A DNA stretch of 64,000 nucleotides from the NCBI GenBank assembly GCA_964600255.1, contig CAZRIX010000001.1, positions 43,948-107,947 on the forward strand, read 5' to 3'. The notes beneath the pieces were generated by a model. The model did not search any database and had not been told where the DNA came from. It saw only the letters and a list, made by a program, of their open reading frames with translations. Below are positions 10,535 through 19,423 of this stretch, piece after piece; within the stretch, counting starts at the first letter, position 1; each line of letters opens with the position of its first letter. Both the position numbers and the translations under genes were made by a program. The stretch is from an uncultured Candidatus Saccharibacteria bacterium. Its GTDB lineage: Bacteria; Patescibacteriota; Minisyncoccia; Phycocordibacterales; PALSA-1337.

Positions 10535-11582
10535 ATACAGGCAAAATTATTGATAGAGCAATAGATCCAACCACTAAGCCCATAAAAACCATTAGCACCG
10601 GCTCTATAAGTGAAGTAAAACTCTTTAATACATTCTCTATTTCTTGTTCAAATATCCTAGCCGTATGTCCGAAAAGCGCACCGAGGTTGCCTGTCTTTTC
10701 CCCAATACTAACCATATCAATCATCAAGCTTGGTATATACAATTTAGATCTATCCAAAGATATTGATAGTGCAATACCATTCAAAGATTCTGCATAAACT
10801 CTATTGAATGTATTCTTCAATACTGAGTTTGAATTTGAATCCCGAGCAAATACAAGAAGCTCCTGAATGCCTCTGCCGGAGTTAAGTAGCATTTCTCCCA
10901 TACTGCATATCGGTATCATCATATTTATTTTTGTATATTTATGAACTATGGGTATAGACAGGATAAGTAGATCGAACTTGTATTTAACCGTGGTGGATTT
11001 TAGGATAAGAATTCGAAGTAGTACACCTAGGACCAAGCCTGAAACAAGTGCATATATTCCAAACTCAGTCATGAGATAGTAGATCTCCTGCACTATTCTA
11101 GTCATGAGTGGTAGCTCAATATCTAGACTAGATAATAGAGGAACTATTTTAGGAAAAATATAAAGGATTAGAAAAAGCGACATAAAGATAGTGGCGATAA
11201 ATATAAATATTGGATACACCAATGCACTAACTATCTTCTTTTTTAACTCACTCTTTTTATAAAGATAGTTGTATGCCTGCAACAGTGAATCTGAAAGAGT
11301 TCCATTCTGCTCTCCGTTTTCTATGAGTATTAGCAGTAAACTATTGAATCTTAAGTTCTGGTTCCTTATAGATTTACTCAGACTTAATCCATGTTGAATA
11401 CTATTCACTATCTCTCCTAGCATATTTTTCTTACCTATAGAATTTTCTATCTTGCGGATCATCTCTAACCCATCGACAAGTGATATTCCGGAATTTAGTA
11501 ATATAGACAATCTCTGTGCAAAGTGTATTTGATCTGCCAGACTAAAAATCCTACTATTCATGTAATGTTCGATTGACTTCAT
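10506..11582 (-). CDS. pilC: Type IV pilus/T2SS platform protein (GspF/PilC family)
   Basis: Two T2SSF-like repeats with polytopic TM topology. Lies directly downstream of the PilB ATPase. Confidence 0.75.
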   Translation of the reverse strand: MKSIEHYMNSRIFSLADQIHFAQRLSILLNSGISLVDGLEMIRKIENSIGKKNMLGEIVNSIQHGLSLSKSIRNQNLRFNSLLLILIENGEQNGTLSDSLLQAYNYLYKKSELKKKIVSALVYPIFIFIATIFMSLFLILYIFPKIVPLLSSLDIELPLMTRIVQEIYYLMTEFGIYALVSGLVLGVLLRILILKSTTVKYKFDLLILSIPIVHKYTKINMMIPICSMGEMLLNSGRGIQELLVFARDSNSNSVLKNTFNRVYAESLNGIALSISLDRSKLYIPSLMIDMVSIGEKTGNLGALFGHTARIFEQEIENVLKSFTSLIEPVLMVFMGLVVGSIALSIILPVYEISNHLSK

Positions 11583-12690
11583 TTTCAGTTGTTATTCCAT
11601 TTTCTACTTTTATCATTGCGTCCTCATACATTGTCTTCATACCTTTGGAACGGGCATAAAGGGTAATATCTGCCATAGATGTTCGAGTCATTATGTATTT
11701 TCTCATTTCATCATCAACCATGAGTGTTTCTGCAACGACGGTTCGACCTTTATATCCAGACCCATCACATACCAAACATCCGCAACCAGCCCCGAAACAC
11801 ACCCTGCAAGTCTTTCTCACTAGTCTCTGGGCAATAACTAGTGAAAGAGTCGATGCTACTAGATACGGATCTATACCCATATCTACAAGCCTAGGAATTG
11901 CTCCTAGGGCCGAGTTTGTATGCAAAGTGGATAGAAGCAAATGACCAGTCAAAGAAACGTTTGTGGCAATGACAGCAGTCTCTTTGTCACGTATCTCACC
12001 TACCATTATGATATCTGGATCCTGTCTAACGATGGATCTCAATCCATTTGCAAAAGTAATACCGTGTTTTGAGTTTATTTGTATCTGCCTTACATCTGGG
12101 ATTGCGTATTCTATTGGATCCTCTAGTGTGATTATTGAGTTCTTGTTGGTAGCAAGTGATGCAATGAGTGTATACAGGGTCGAAGTCTTTCCGGACCCGG
12201 TTGGACCTGTTACCAATATCATTCCCTGATGCAATGACAGACTTGTAAGTATTCTATCTACATCTAGCTCAGAAAATCCGAGACTGCCTAGTGTAGGAAT
12301 TTCTTTGTCATTCTTTAATATTCTAAGTACAGCATTCTCTCCGTAGTGTGTCGGTATGATCGAAACTCTCACGTCACAGTTAAATGATAATTGAGCAAAC
12401 TTAAATCTTCCATCTTGTGGTACAAAATGTATATCTGTTCGTAATCCAGACACTACTTTTATCCTAGCTATTACTTCTTCATGGGTATCGTGCAAAAGTG
12501 TATCTATCACCGTCAAAACCCCATCTATCCTAAACTTAACAACTGTACCGTTTGGTGATGGGTCTATGTGTATGTCGGATGCATTTCTATACAAAGCAAA
12601 GGTAACTATAGAGTCTACCAGCTCTACAACAGAAACGATGTCATGCAACATTTTTTCGTTATTAATAATTTTATATATCTTTTCTTGCAT
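11554..12690 (-). CDS. pilB: Type IV pilus assembly ATPase (GspE/PilB family), short form lacking the N-terminal domain
   Basis: Walker A GPTGSGKTST. Asp and His boxes. C-terminal tetracysteine CRVCFGAGCGCLVC. Confidence 0.8.
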   Translation of the reverse strand: MQEKIYKIINNEKMLHDIVSVVELVDSIVTFALYRNASDIHIDPSPNGTVVKFRIDGVLTVIDTLLHDTHEEVIARIKVVSGLRTDIHFVPQDGRFKFAQLSFNCDVRVSIIPTHYGENAVLRILKNDKEIPTLGSLGFSELDVDRILTSLSLHQGMILVTGPTGSGKTSTLYTLIASLATNKNSIITLEDPIEYAIPDVRQIQINSKHGITFANGLRSIVRQDPDIIMVGEIRDKETAVIATNVSLTGHLLLSTLHTNSALGAIPRLVDMGIDPYLVASTLSLVIAQRLVRKTCRVCFGAGCGCLVCDGSGYKGRTVVAETLMVDDEMRKYIMTRTSMADITLYARSKGMKTMYEDAMIKVENGITTENEVNRTLHE

Positions 12691-12823
12691 GCGAAAAGAT
12701 TAACAAAATGAGATTAAGAGAATATAAAAGATTAATAAAAAAGTGATAAAAAGACCTATATACTGTGAATATCTTTGTAAATTATGTCGTTATACACATA
12801 TACACAGCCATAATTGATTTTGC

Positions 12824-13582
12824 TTGTTTTTTGTTGTATATTACTATCCGGCTGTTCTTCTCGTTTTTAACGTTAAGAAATCTCCAGCTACGCTAGAAAA
12901 TTCGGTGAAAGGAATAAGAGTGAGAAAACTGGTTCACTTTGGCCTCCACGGCCCATCATGCTCCGGAAAGGGCTACGTCACAGGTCACCTATGCGAACGC
13001 TATCACGGACACGTCTTCGTGATTGGTCTAGGTGACATGATTCGTGCTCGGCGCAGTGCCGATCCAGAATTCAGAGCCTATACTGACCAACAGACGCGCG
13101 ACGGTGTGATGATAGATGACGCGATTGTCACAGAAATGACTCGAGTCCGATTCGAGGAAGGCCTTCGTGCCGGATACGACACCTTCATCTGGGAAGGTTT
13201 CGGACGCAACTACACCCAAATGAAGCAGCAAATGGAGTGGTGGGGCAAAAATGATGGTCGTATCTTCAACCTCCTAGCAGGCCTAGACACAGTGGTCGAG
13301 AGACTTCGTAAGGCAATCAGTGAGGGCAGACGATCTGATCGAGAAGATAACGGTGCGATCACTGTACGTTTTGCGCTTCACGACAGTCAGATGAGTGAAG
13401 TTGCGCGGGCGGTAAGGAACGCTGACCGTTTCTTGACCCCGATCGATGCGAGCGTTGATTTGGGGTTGTTTGCTCGCAAAATTGCGTTCTACGCCAACGG
13501 AGTGCGTGGTTTTAGGGAGGCTTCAGCCCCCACAGAATCATACATGAACAGCCAGCGTACTGCGGATGCAGTTGCAGCATAG
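12824..13582 (+). CDS. P-loop nucleoside-monophosphate kinase, adenylate-kinase-like. High-GC foreign gene. True start is probably near 12905-12930.
   Basis: GLHGPSCSGKGY P-loop. GDMIRA and GFGRNYTQ resemble the adenylate kinase GDLLRA and GFPRT motifs. GC is ~53% in an AT-rich backbone. Confidence 0.45.
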   Translation: MFFVVYYYPAVLLVFNVKKSPATLENSVKGIRVRKLVHFGLHGPSCSGKGYVTGHLCERYHGHVFVIGLGDMIRARRSADPEFRAYTDQQTRDGVMIDDAIVTEMTRVRFEEGLRAGYDTFIWEGFGRNYTQMKQQMEWWGKNDGRIFNLLAGLDTVVERLRKAISEGRRSDREDNGAITVRFALHDSQMSEVARAVRNADRFLTPIDASVDLGLFARKIAFYANGVRGFREASAPTESYMNSQRTADAVAA

Positions 13583-13603
13583 TCCCGCCTCTTACAGGCT
13601 CAA

Positions 13604-13637
13604 AGCCGTCGCCCCCTCACGGGACGACGGCTTTTTT
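13604..13637 (+). terminator. Intrinsic terminator after the kinase-like gene
   Basis: GCCGTCGCCCC...GGGACGACGGC hairpin followed by TTTTTT. Confidence 0.6.
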
Positions 13638-13676
13638 CCATCCAATTTTACCTAGAAATCTCTATTTTAAATATTC

Positions 13677-15872
13677 CTACCCAACCCATTCTTCAACCAT
13701 CAACATTTTCTTGTCCTGTATAGGCATATCTTTCCAAATCTCTTCTGTTACATATGGAATAAATGGATGTAGTACTTTTAATATTTTTGCCAACGTATGC
13801 AATAGGAACTGCTTGCGGGATTTTATCTCCATTTCATTTCCCTCTTTTAATATTTTCTTACTATCCTCAAGTATTACATCTGCAAAGTTATGCCATGCAT
13901 AGTGGTACAACTTCTCTGCTGCTAGGTATAGACGATAATTCTCAATGTCACCGGTAATCTCTTTTAGTAGACTTGATAGCTCTTCATTTAGTTTTGCATC
14001 AGCATCACTCCACTTATCAAATCCCTTATCCAATTCTTCCCCATCAACTGAAGTCAAAACGAAGCGAGTGATATTCCAAAGCTTATTTGCAAAATGTTTG
14101 TAACCCTTGATCTTATCTTCAGAAAGTTTCAAATCATTACCCGGTCCATTACCTATGATCAAAGACAAGCGTGTTGCATCAGCGCCGTATTTCTCAATCA
14201 TATCGAGAGGATTGATGTTAGTTTCTGGCTTTGACTTAGACATTTTCTCTCCACTTGCTGTACGTACTAGTCCATGTAAATACACAGTTTTAAATGGGAC
14301 AGTATCAAGCAAACATCCAGTCATTAGTATCATACGAGCTACCCAGAAGAAAAGAATATCGTATCCGGTCTCTAGTAAATCAGTTGGATGGAAAGTATTT
14401 AGATCTACAGTCTTCTCTGGCCAACCGAGAGTAGAGAAAGTCCAAAGTCCAGATGAGAACCAAGTATCCAAGGTATCCTCATCTTGCTTCCAGCCCTCAC
14501 CCTTTGGTGCCTCAACTCCAACATAAATCTCTTCACCCTTGTACCAAACAGGAATTCTATGACCATACCAGATCTGTCTTGAAATACACCAATCTCGAAG
14601 ATTATTTATCCAACTAAAATATGTTTTCTCAAATCTATCTGGAACAATATTTATCTTCTTACTCTCAACAGCATCAATCATCATTTCCTTGAGAGTTCTC
14701 TCCTTCCCATTTTTCTTAAACTTTTTGTTAACAGCGATGAACCATTGCAACATAACTTGTGGCTCTATAATTCCACCAGTTCTCTCGGCCGTCGCAACGT
14801 TGTGAGTATAATCTTCTTCTTTTACCAAAAGACCTTTTTCCTTCAACTTCTCTAGCATCTTTTTCCTTGCCTCAGCAATTTTCATTCCAGCAAATTCTCC
14901 GGCGATTGGAAGTAGTTTGCCAAGTCTATCTATAATCTGTTCACCTTCAAGATTATGTCGTTGGGCGATATCAAAGTCCACCATACTATGGAAAGGAGTA
15001 ATAGTCATAACTCCAGTACCAAATTCCATATCGATAGAATCATCCTTTATGATAGTTGCCGTGATGGGTCCGTTTATCCATTCCAAATCAATTTTCTGTC
15101 CATGCTTGTAATCCTCATATCTCTTATCGTCTGGATGCATTACGACGTACTTATCACCGAACTTTGTCTCAGGTCGTGATGTACCAATAGTAAAAGGTCC
15201 GTACTTGAAATAATAAAACTTTGTCTTCTCTTCAACATAAACAATCTCATCGTCAGAAATGGTTGTCTGTCCTTTTGGATCCCAGTTAACTATTCTATTG
15301 CCACGATAAATGAGACCTAGGTCATACATTTCTTTAAATGCAGTTCTTACGGCTAGATTTCTTTTTTCATCCAAAGTAAAAGCTTCGCGAGACCAGTCTA
15401 TAGATGCTCCCATTTTTATAACTTGCCCGACAATAGTATCGTGACTAGCCAAAGCAAAGTCATTCACTCTTTTCAAAAATTCTTCACGCCCCAAGTCATG
15501 ACGGTTCTTGCCTTCTTTCTTTGTTAAATCTTTCTCAACTTTAGATTGAGTAGCGATTGCAGCATGATCAGTTCCAGGAATCCAAAGAGTTTTGTACCCT
15601 CTCATTCTCTTAAAACGAATCAAAATATCCTCTATAGCAATCATAGCAGCGTGACCCATATGCAAAGTTCCAGTAACGTTCGGTGGAGGCAAAACGATGG
15701 TATATGGCTCTACATGACGAGCAGGAAGCTTGTCAGGATTGAAATACCCACTAGCAAGCCACTCTTCGTAAGTTCGACTTTCGACCTCTAGGTGGTTGTA
15801 TGGCTTTAGGAATTTCTCATTTATGTTTGGATTAATATAACCCTCCTTCTGCTCTTTGATGTCTTTGCTCAT
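13677..15872 (-). CDS. valS: Valyl-tRNA synthetase (short form)
   Basis: PPPNVTGTLHMGHA (HIGH) and KMSKS motifs. Editing-domain region present. 731 aa. Confidence 0.8.
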   Translation of the reverse strand: MSKDIKEQKEGYINPNINEKFLKPYNHLEVESRTYEEWLASGYFNPDKLPARHVEPYTIVLPPPNVTGTLHMGHAAMIAIEDILIRFKRMRGYKTLWIPGTDHAAIATQSKVEKDLTKKEGKNRHDLGREEFLKRVNDFALASHDTIVGQVIKMGASIDWSREAFTLDEKRNLAVRTAFKEMYDLGLIYRGNRIVNWDPKGQTTISDDEIVYVEEKTKFYYFKYGPFTIGTSRPETKFGDKYVVMHPDDKRYEDYKHGQKIDLEWINGPITATIIKDDSIDMEFGTGVMTITPFHSMVDFDIAQRHNLEGEQIIDRLGKLLPIAGEFAGMKIAEARKKMLEKLKEKGLLVKEEDYTHNVATAERTGGIIEPQVMLQWFIAVNKKFKKNGKERTLKEMMIDAVESKKINIVPDRFEKTYFSWINNLRDWCISRQIWYGHRIPVWYKGEEIYVGVEAPKGEGWKQDEDTLDTWFSSGLWTFSTLGWPEKTVDLNTFHPTDLLETGYDILFFWVARMILMTGCLLDTVPFKTVYLHGLVRTASGEKMSKSKPETNINPLDMIEKYGADATRLSLIIGNGPGNDLKLSEDKIKGYKHFANKLWNITRFVLTSVDGEELDKGFDKWSDADAKLNEELSSLLKEITGDIENYRLYLAAEKLYHYAWHNFADVILEDSKKILKEGNEMEIKSRKQFLLHTLAKILKVLHPFIPYVTEEIWKDMPIQDKKMLMVEEWVG

Positions 15873-15960
15873 ATATTTATGTATTGAATAATAGCAGAAA
15901 AAGGGGCCTTTTGACTAGTTTTTTATATAAAAAACATTCAATTTTGTCTAATCTTTACTA

Positions 15961-16082
15961 TTGACTTTTCATATAAAATGTGCTAATATATTAGGAGAAG
16001 TTAGAGAAAACTGAGTACTCTGCCGTGCTTTGCACGGAGTGGAGGAAAAAGTGATCTTTGACAATTTAACAGGAGATAGTGT
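15961..16082 (+). promoter_or_regulatory. Consensus-like sigma70 promoter (TTGACT-17-TAATAT) plus conserved structured leader, copy A
   Basis: TTGACT at 15961-15966, 17-nt spacer, TAATAT at 15984-15989. The leader has a CCGTGC/GCACGG hairpin and GGAGG tracts. Copy B at 17070 is near-identical. Confidence 0.6.
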
Positions 16083-16970
16083 ATGGACATTAGTTTTAAC
16101 AAGGAAACCAACGTTTTGAGATGGACCCCAGTTCTATTAACAGATCGATATGTAGTGAAGATGGAAGGTGGAACTGCTCCAGATGACTGGACTAATGAGT
16201 ACTCAGTCCCTGAAACAGTAACCGGCATTAAACTAGTTGAATCGGCGTACTGGGGCAACATCAAGGAAACTGGTGCGAAGATAACCATCACTGCGCTCGA
16301 TGATAGTAGGAGCACTCTGGATACTGTCGACATCAACATTACCATCCCGAAGCAGAAGTGGCACCAGGGAGCGGCCGTGAGGCTGTTCATGCTACTGGCG
16401 GTCCTACTCGGCGCTTGGGCGTCATACTCACAGTACAAATTGGGTAAGGCCAATGACGTTATGGCTGAGCGGGATGAAGCAAAAACACTTCTTGCTGCTC
16501 AGGTGACACTGACAGCAGACTGGAAGAAGGCACACGACAAAGCTACCAACCAGCCAGTTGTAACATTGTACGAAACCAATGTGGTAACGGTGCCTGTGTA
16601 CGAGAAGATCAAAGTCTACGACATCCCGCAAGGGATGCCGAAGGCTGGACCAGCGACGAATGATACGTTGGTCCATTACTTCTCGCCTACCAACCAGCAC
16701 ACGGTGACGAAGTTCATCACCGATGGAGATGGGACTATGTTCCTCACTCCAAACGACTGGCAGATCAACTGCCTGGTCTACGGTAACGTGGCCGATTTCG
16801 ATCGGCTCGTGAACATCGGGGGACTTACCAACCCCCACTGGATCCATTACGGACCAGGAACAAAACTTCCAGAGGCGACCAAGGTGGTCGCATATTGGAT
16901 TAGAAACCGAGTGCAGAACTCCCACCTCAAGGTGGAGTTCGTGCTCACACCCGTCGCCTCTACTCCATAG
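16083..16970 (+). CDS. Hypothetical membrane protein (single central TM) in the high-GC island
   Basis: 295-aa ORF with RBS AGGAGA. GC ~50%. Central hydrophobic helix AAVRLFMLLAVLLGAWASY. No recognisable motif. Confidence 0.5.
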   Translation: MDISFNKETNVLRWTPVLLTDRYVVKMEGGTAPDDWTNEYSVPETVTGIKLVESAYWGNIKETGAKITITALDDSRSTLDTVDINITIPKQKWHQGAAVRLFMLLAVLLGAWASYSQYKLGKANDVMAERDEAKTLLAAQVTLTADWKKAHDKATNQPVVTLYETNVVTVPVYEKIKVYDIPQGMPKAGPATNDTLVHYFSPTNQHTVTKFITDGDGTMFLTPNDWQINCLVYGNVADFDRLVNIGGLTNPHWIHYGPGTKLPEATKVVAYWIRNRVQNSHLKVEFVLTPVASTP

Positions 16971-16990
16971 CAAAGCGCGACCGGCAAAGG

Positions 16991-17025
16991 GAGCCTGGGA
17001 TTTTATTCCAGGCTCTTTTCTTTTG
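16991..17025 (+). terminator. Intrinsic terminator
   Basis: GAGCCTGG-N9-CCAGGCTC perfect 8-bp stem followed by TTTTCTTTT. Confidence 0.65.
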
Positions 17026-17069
17026 TGTGTTTACTAAATAATTTAAAGATTTTTAAAGCATAATTACCA

Positions 17070-17182
17070 TTGACTTTTCATTTAAAATGTGCTAATATAT
17101 TAGGAGAGTTAGAAGGCCAAGTACTCTGACACGCTGTAGCGTGGAGGGAGGAAAGGAAGAACTTTGACAACAAGGATAATTC
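17070..17182 (+). promoter_or_regulatory. Consensus-like sigma70 promoter plus conserved structured leader, copy B
   Basis: TTGACT at 17070-17075, 17-nt spacer, TAATAT at 17093-17098. The hairpin ACGC/GCGT sits where copy A has CCGTGC/GCACGG, which is a compensatory change. Confidence 0.6.
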
Positions 17183-18112
17183 GTGAAAAAACTATCATAC
17201 GAGTCGCAATTTTGGAGATTAGTCGTCTCCATCATGTCACTGCCCATAACGATGTACGTCATCTACAAGGTCGTATACACGGTTGTTGTATTCATGCGAT
17301 TCGATCCATCGGTGGCCGAGAAGTTAGCGAACTGGGTAGGCCTACCGGCCTCCTGGTATATCTACTTCAAGTTCCTACTCGAACGGTTCTGGATTGATGT
17401 AGCACTTGAAGACGTGGTCCTAGAAGATTCCTTCAGTTTCCGGAACAGGAAGGTCGGTGATCAAGCAGACCCATTGGCTTTGCCGAGTGGTCTGAGGTCA
17501 GTTGGTGGACCAGGGTTCAGAGCGAAGGGTTTCTTTGAGACCGTCAAGACGAGATTACCTGTAGTATCTAAAGAGAAGAATGGTGGCCTCGAAGTCGACG
17601 ACAAGCAAACGAACACCTTCAACGTCAGTTACTCCATGACATTTACTAGGGTCAGGGGTAAATTCTCTGTGATTGGTTCAACCTACAAAGAGGAAGAGGC
17701 AGTTAAAACCCTCGAAGCCATCGTTGAGGCGCGAATTGAGGAATTATTCGCAAACGAGCAGGATGGTAGGAATATCCGGGCTTCACTTGATAAACGTAAC
17801 GAGGATCTCTCTAAGGTCCTCGGCGGCGATCGAGATATCAGCACCGAAGAGATTCGTTGTGGGTTCTTCATAACAAAACTTCGAATCAAGACGGTTGATG
17901 AGGCTGCAGCAACAAAACAGCGTAACCAGACCCAAGCGCTGGCAACAGCTGTGAATTCTGCAGCAGATGCTCTATCAAAGGGTATCGGGGCTGGAGCAGA
18001 TCCAAACCTTATTATGGCCCTTGCTGCAAGTGCAGCTGGGGTTAAGGGTGACGGAGTTAAAGTGAGTATAGTCAAGGGTCTCGAGAAAGGCGGCACATAC
18101 AACGTAAGTTAA
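17183..18112 (+). CDS. Membrane protein with weak SPFH/band-7-like features (GTG start)
   Basis: N-terminal TM helices. Central region and Ala/Gln-rich C-terminal helix loosely resemble stomatin/HflKC organisation. Unknown function. Confidence 0.4.
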   Translation: MKKLSYESQFWRLVVSIMSLPITMYVIYKVVYTVVVFMRFDPSVAEKLANWVGLPASWYIYFKFLLERFWIDVALEDVVLEDSFSFRNRKVGDQADPLALPSGLRSVGGPGFRAKGFFETVKTRLPVVSKEKNGGLEVDDKQTNTFNVSYSMTFTRVRGKFSVIGSTYKEEEAVKTLEAIVEARIEELFANEQDGRNIRASLDKRNEDLSKVLGGDRDISTEEIRCGFFITKLRIKTVDEAAATKQRNQTQALATAVNSAADALSKGIGAGADPNLIMALAASAAGVKGDGVKVSIVKGLEKGGTYNVS

Positions 18113-18113
18113 C

Positions 18114-18554
18114 ATGAACACCACACTTCTCAAAAAACTGGCGTGGTATGGGCCAATCGCGGCGATACTAATCGCTACGATGTTCTACATCCGATCCTAC
18201 AACGGGTCAGAAAAGAAGGTACAGCACGTCCCTGTCACTGGCGGTGGTAAGGCTTCGGCAACCACCACAATCACGATCATCAAGGGGGCAACTCCTAGGA
18301 TGATCGATTACCCACATTTCTCCCGGTTCAGATCGGGAATTGTGGAAGATGACGTTGCGTACGTCATACACATCAATCTCGTCGGTCGGCCTGACCATGA
18401 GATTGAAAAAATATTCGTACCTGCCAGAAACGACAGACCGAGCAATTGGTCTGATCCGCTCGCAGGCAAGAATATTGCGAGGATCGGGTTTACGCTCGAT
18501 CCTTCCTCGGCCAAGGATATTGGCCACATCGAGTACGTAGTCGAGAGGCAGTAG
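18114..18554 (+). CDS. Hypothetical membrane-anchored protein, probably co-transcribed with 17183..18112
   Basis: ORF begins 2 nt after the upstream stop. N-terminal TM. High GC. Confidence 0.45.
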   Translation: MNTTLLKKLAWYGPIAAILIATMFYIRSYNGSEKKVQHVPVTGGGKASATTTITIIKGATPRMIDYPHFSRFRSGIVEDDVAYVIHINLVGRPDHEIEKIFVPARNDRPSNWSDPLAGKNIARIGFTLDPSSAKDIGHIEYVVERQ

Positions 18555-18580
18555 ATAATACCACCACTCGAAAACGGCAA

Positions 18581-18608
18581 AGGGGGACCCTATGGGACCC
18601 CCTTTTAC
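18581..18608. terminator. Bidirectional intrinsic terminator between the island and the pilin array
   Basis: GGGGGACCC-TAT-GGGACCCCC hairpin with an A-run upstream and a T-run downstream. Confidence 0.6.
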
Positions 18609-18636
18609 TTTGCATATTTTATTCTAAACAACTTCC

Positions 18637-18966
18637 CTACTGGAATGGATCAGTAACACCCACTGGTGCAAGTGTACTGACTATAACCCTAATTATCCCA
18701 TATGCCGATACCATGATGAACATTCCCGCCGCACTCCAGAATATACTTCTCTTGCCGTCTTCTCTTGCATCAGAATCCTCCTGACTCGCAATCATTTTGA
18801 ATATGCCGTACACAAATGTTACAAAAGACAGTAGGAACATTACACCAAGAATCGGTGTGATTATGTTCAAAGCAATACTATCTAGAAAACCACGTATAGT
18901 GGGGTTCTTCGATAGAACTTGTGACGCAGACTGTGCGTGAGCAATGTTTATCAAGCTAATCATCAA
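18637..18966 (-). CDS. VirB2/TrbC-like two-TM pilin-family protein, paralog 1
   Basis: Signal peptide ending AHAQS. Hydrophobic helix, short Asp/Glu/Arg-rich loop (QEDSDAREDGKRS), second hydrophobic helix. Confidence 0.5.
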   Translation of the reverse strand: MMISLINIAHAQSASQVLSKNPTIRGFLDSIALNIITPILGVMFLLSFVTFVYGIFKMIASQEDSDAREDGKRSIFWSAAGMFIMVSAYGIIRVIVSTLAPVGVTDPFQ

Positions 18967-18973
18967 ATTGGAT

Positions 18974-19345
18974 TTATGGAATCTGTGGTGGTGGTGGAAG
19001 CTGAATGTTGTTTACCTTGTCTGTTGGAAGATTGTTTTGTCCAAACTGGAATGAGTTTGTTAGAAGATATACAAGTCCCCAGATTGATAGGATTGCAAAT
19101 AGACCTATAACTCCATAAAGTATAGCCTGTCCCCCCTTCTTACGAGCTTCCTCATCATCACTACCTGCGATTAGGTATCTGACAACACTGATTATGATCC
19201 ATAGAACTGCAAATGAGATAGCTAGTCTAACGAGCAAGTTACCAATATTTGTTGCCTTCATTGCAACAGAGTTGATGTCATTTAGCTGTTGAGCAAATAC
19301 AAGCGTAGGTGAAAATGCGATAATGGCTGCGATTATTTTTTTCAT
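18974..19345 (-). CDS. VirB2/TrbC-like two-TM pilin-family protein, paralog 2
   Basis: Signal peptide ending VFAQQ. TM. AGSDDEEARKKGGQAILYGVIGLFAIL loop and TM. ~75% identical to paralog 3. Confidence 0.55.
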   Translation of the reverse strand: MKKIIAAIIAFSPTLVFAQQLNDINSVAMKATNIGNLLVRLAISFAVLWIIISVVRYLIAGSDDEEARKKGGQAILYGVIGLFAILSIWGLVYLLTNSFQFGQNNLPTDKVNNIQLPPPPQIP

Positions 19346-19423
19346 GATAATATATTATTTAATAACTACTAAATTATAACAGTTTAAAGGTTTAGCAACA
19401 AATGGGCTGTGGATACGAGAATG

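Noticed and set aside
15905-15925. Second TTGACT upstream of promoter copy A, and weak similarity between island boundaries (AAAGGGGCC...TTTT at both ends) as possible att-like repeats
   Set aside because: The similarity is short and imperfect. No integrase or recombinase is present. Not enough to call insertion-site duplications.
16001-18580. Several 90-180-aa minus-strand ORFs (16001..16453, 16428..16973, 17683..18102, 18207..18527, 18308..18580)
   Set aside because: They fall in the high-GC island, where long open frames occur in all frames. The + strand genes have promoters, RBSs and terminators, and these antisense frames have none.
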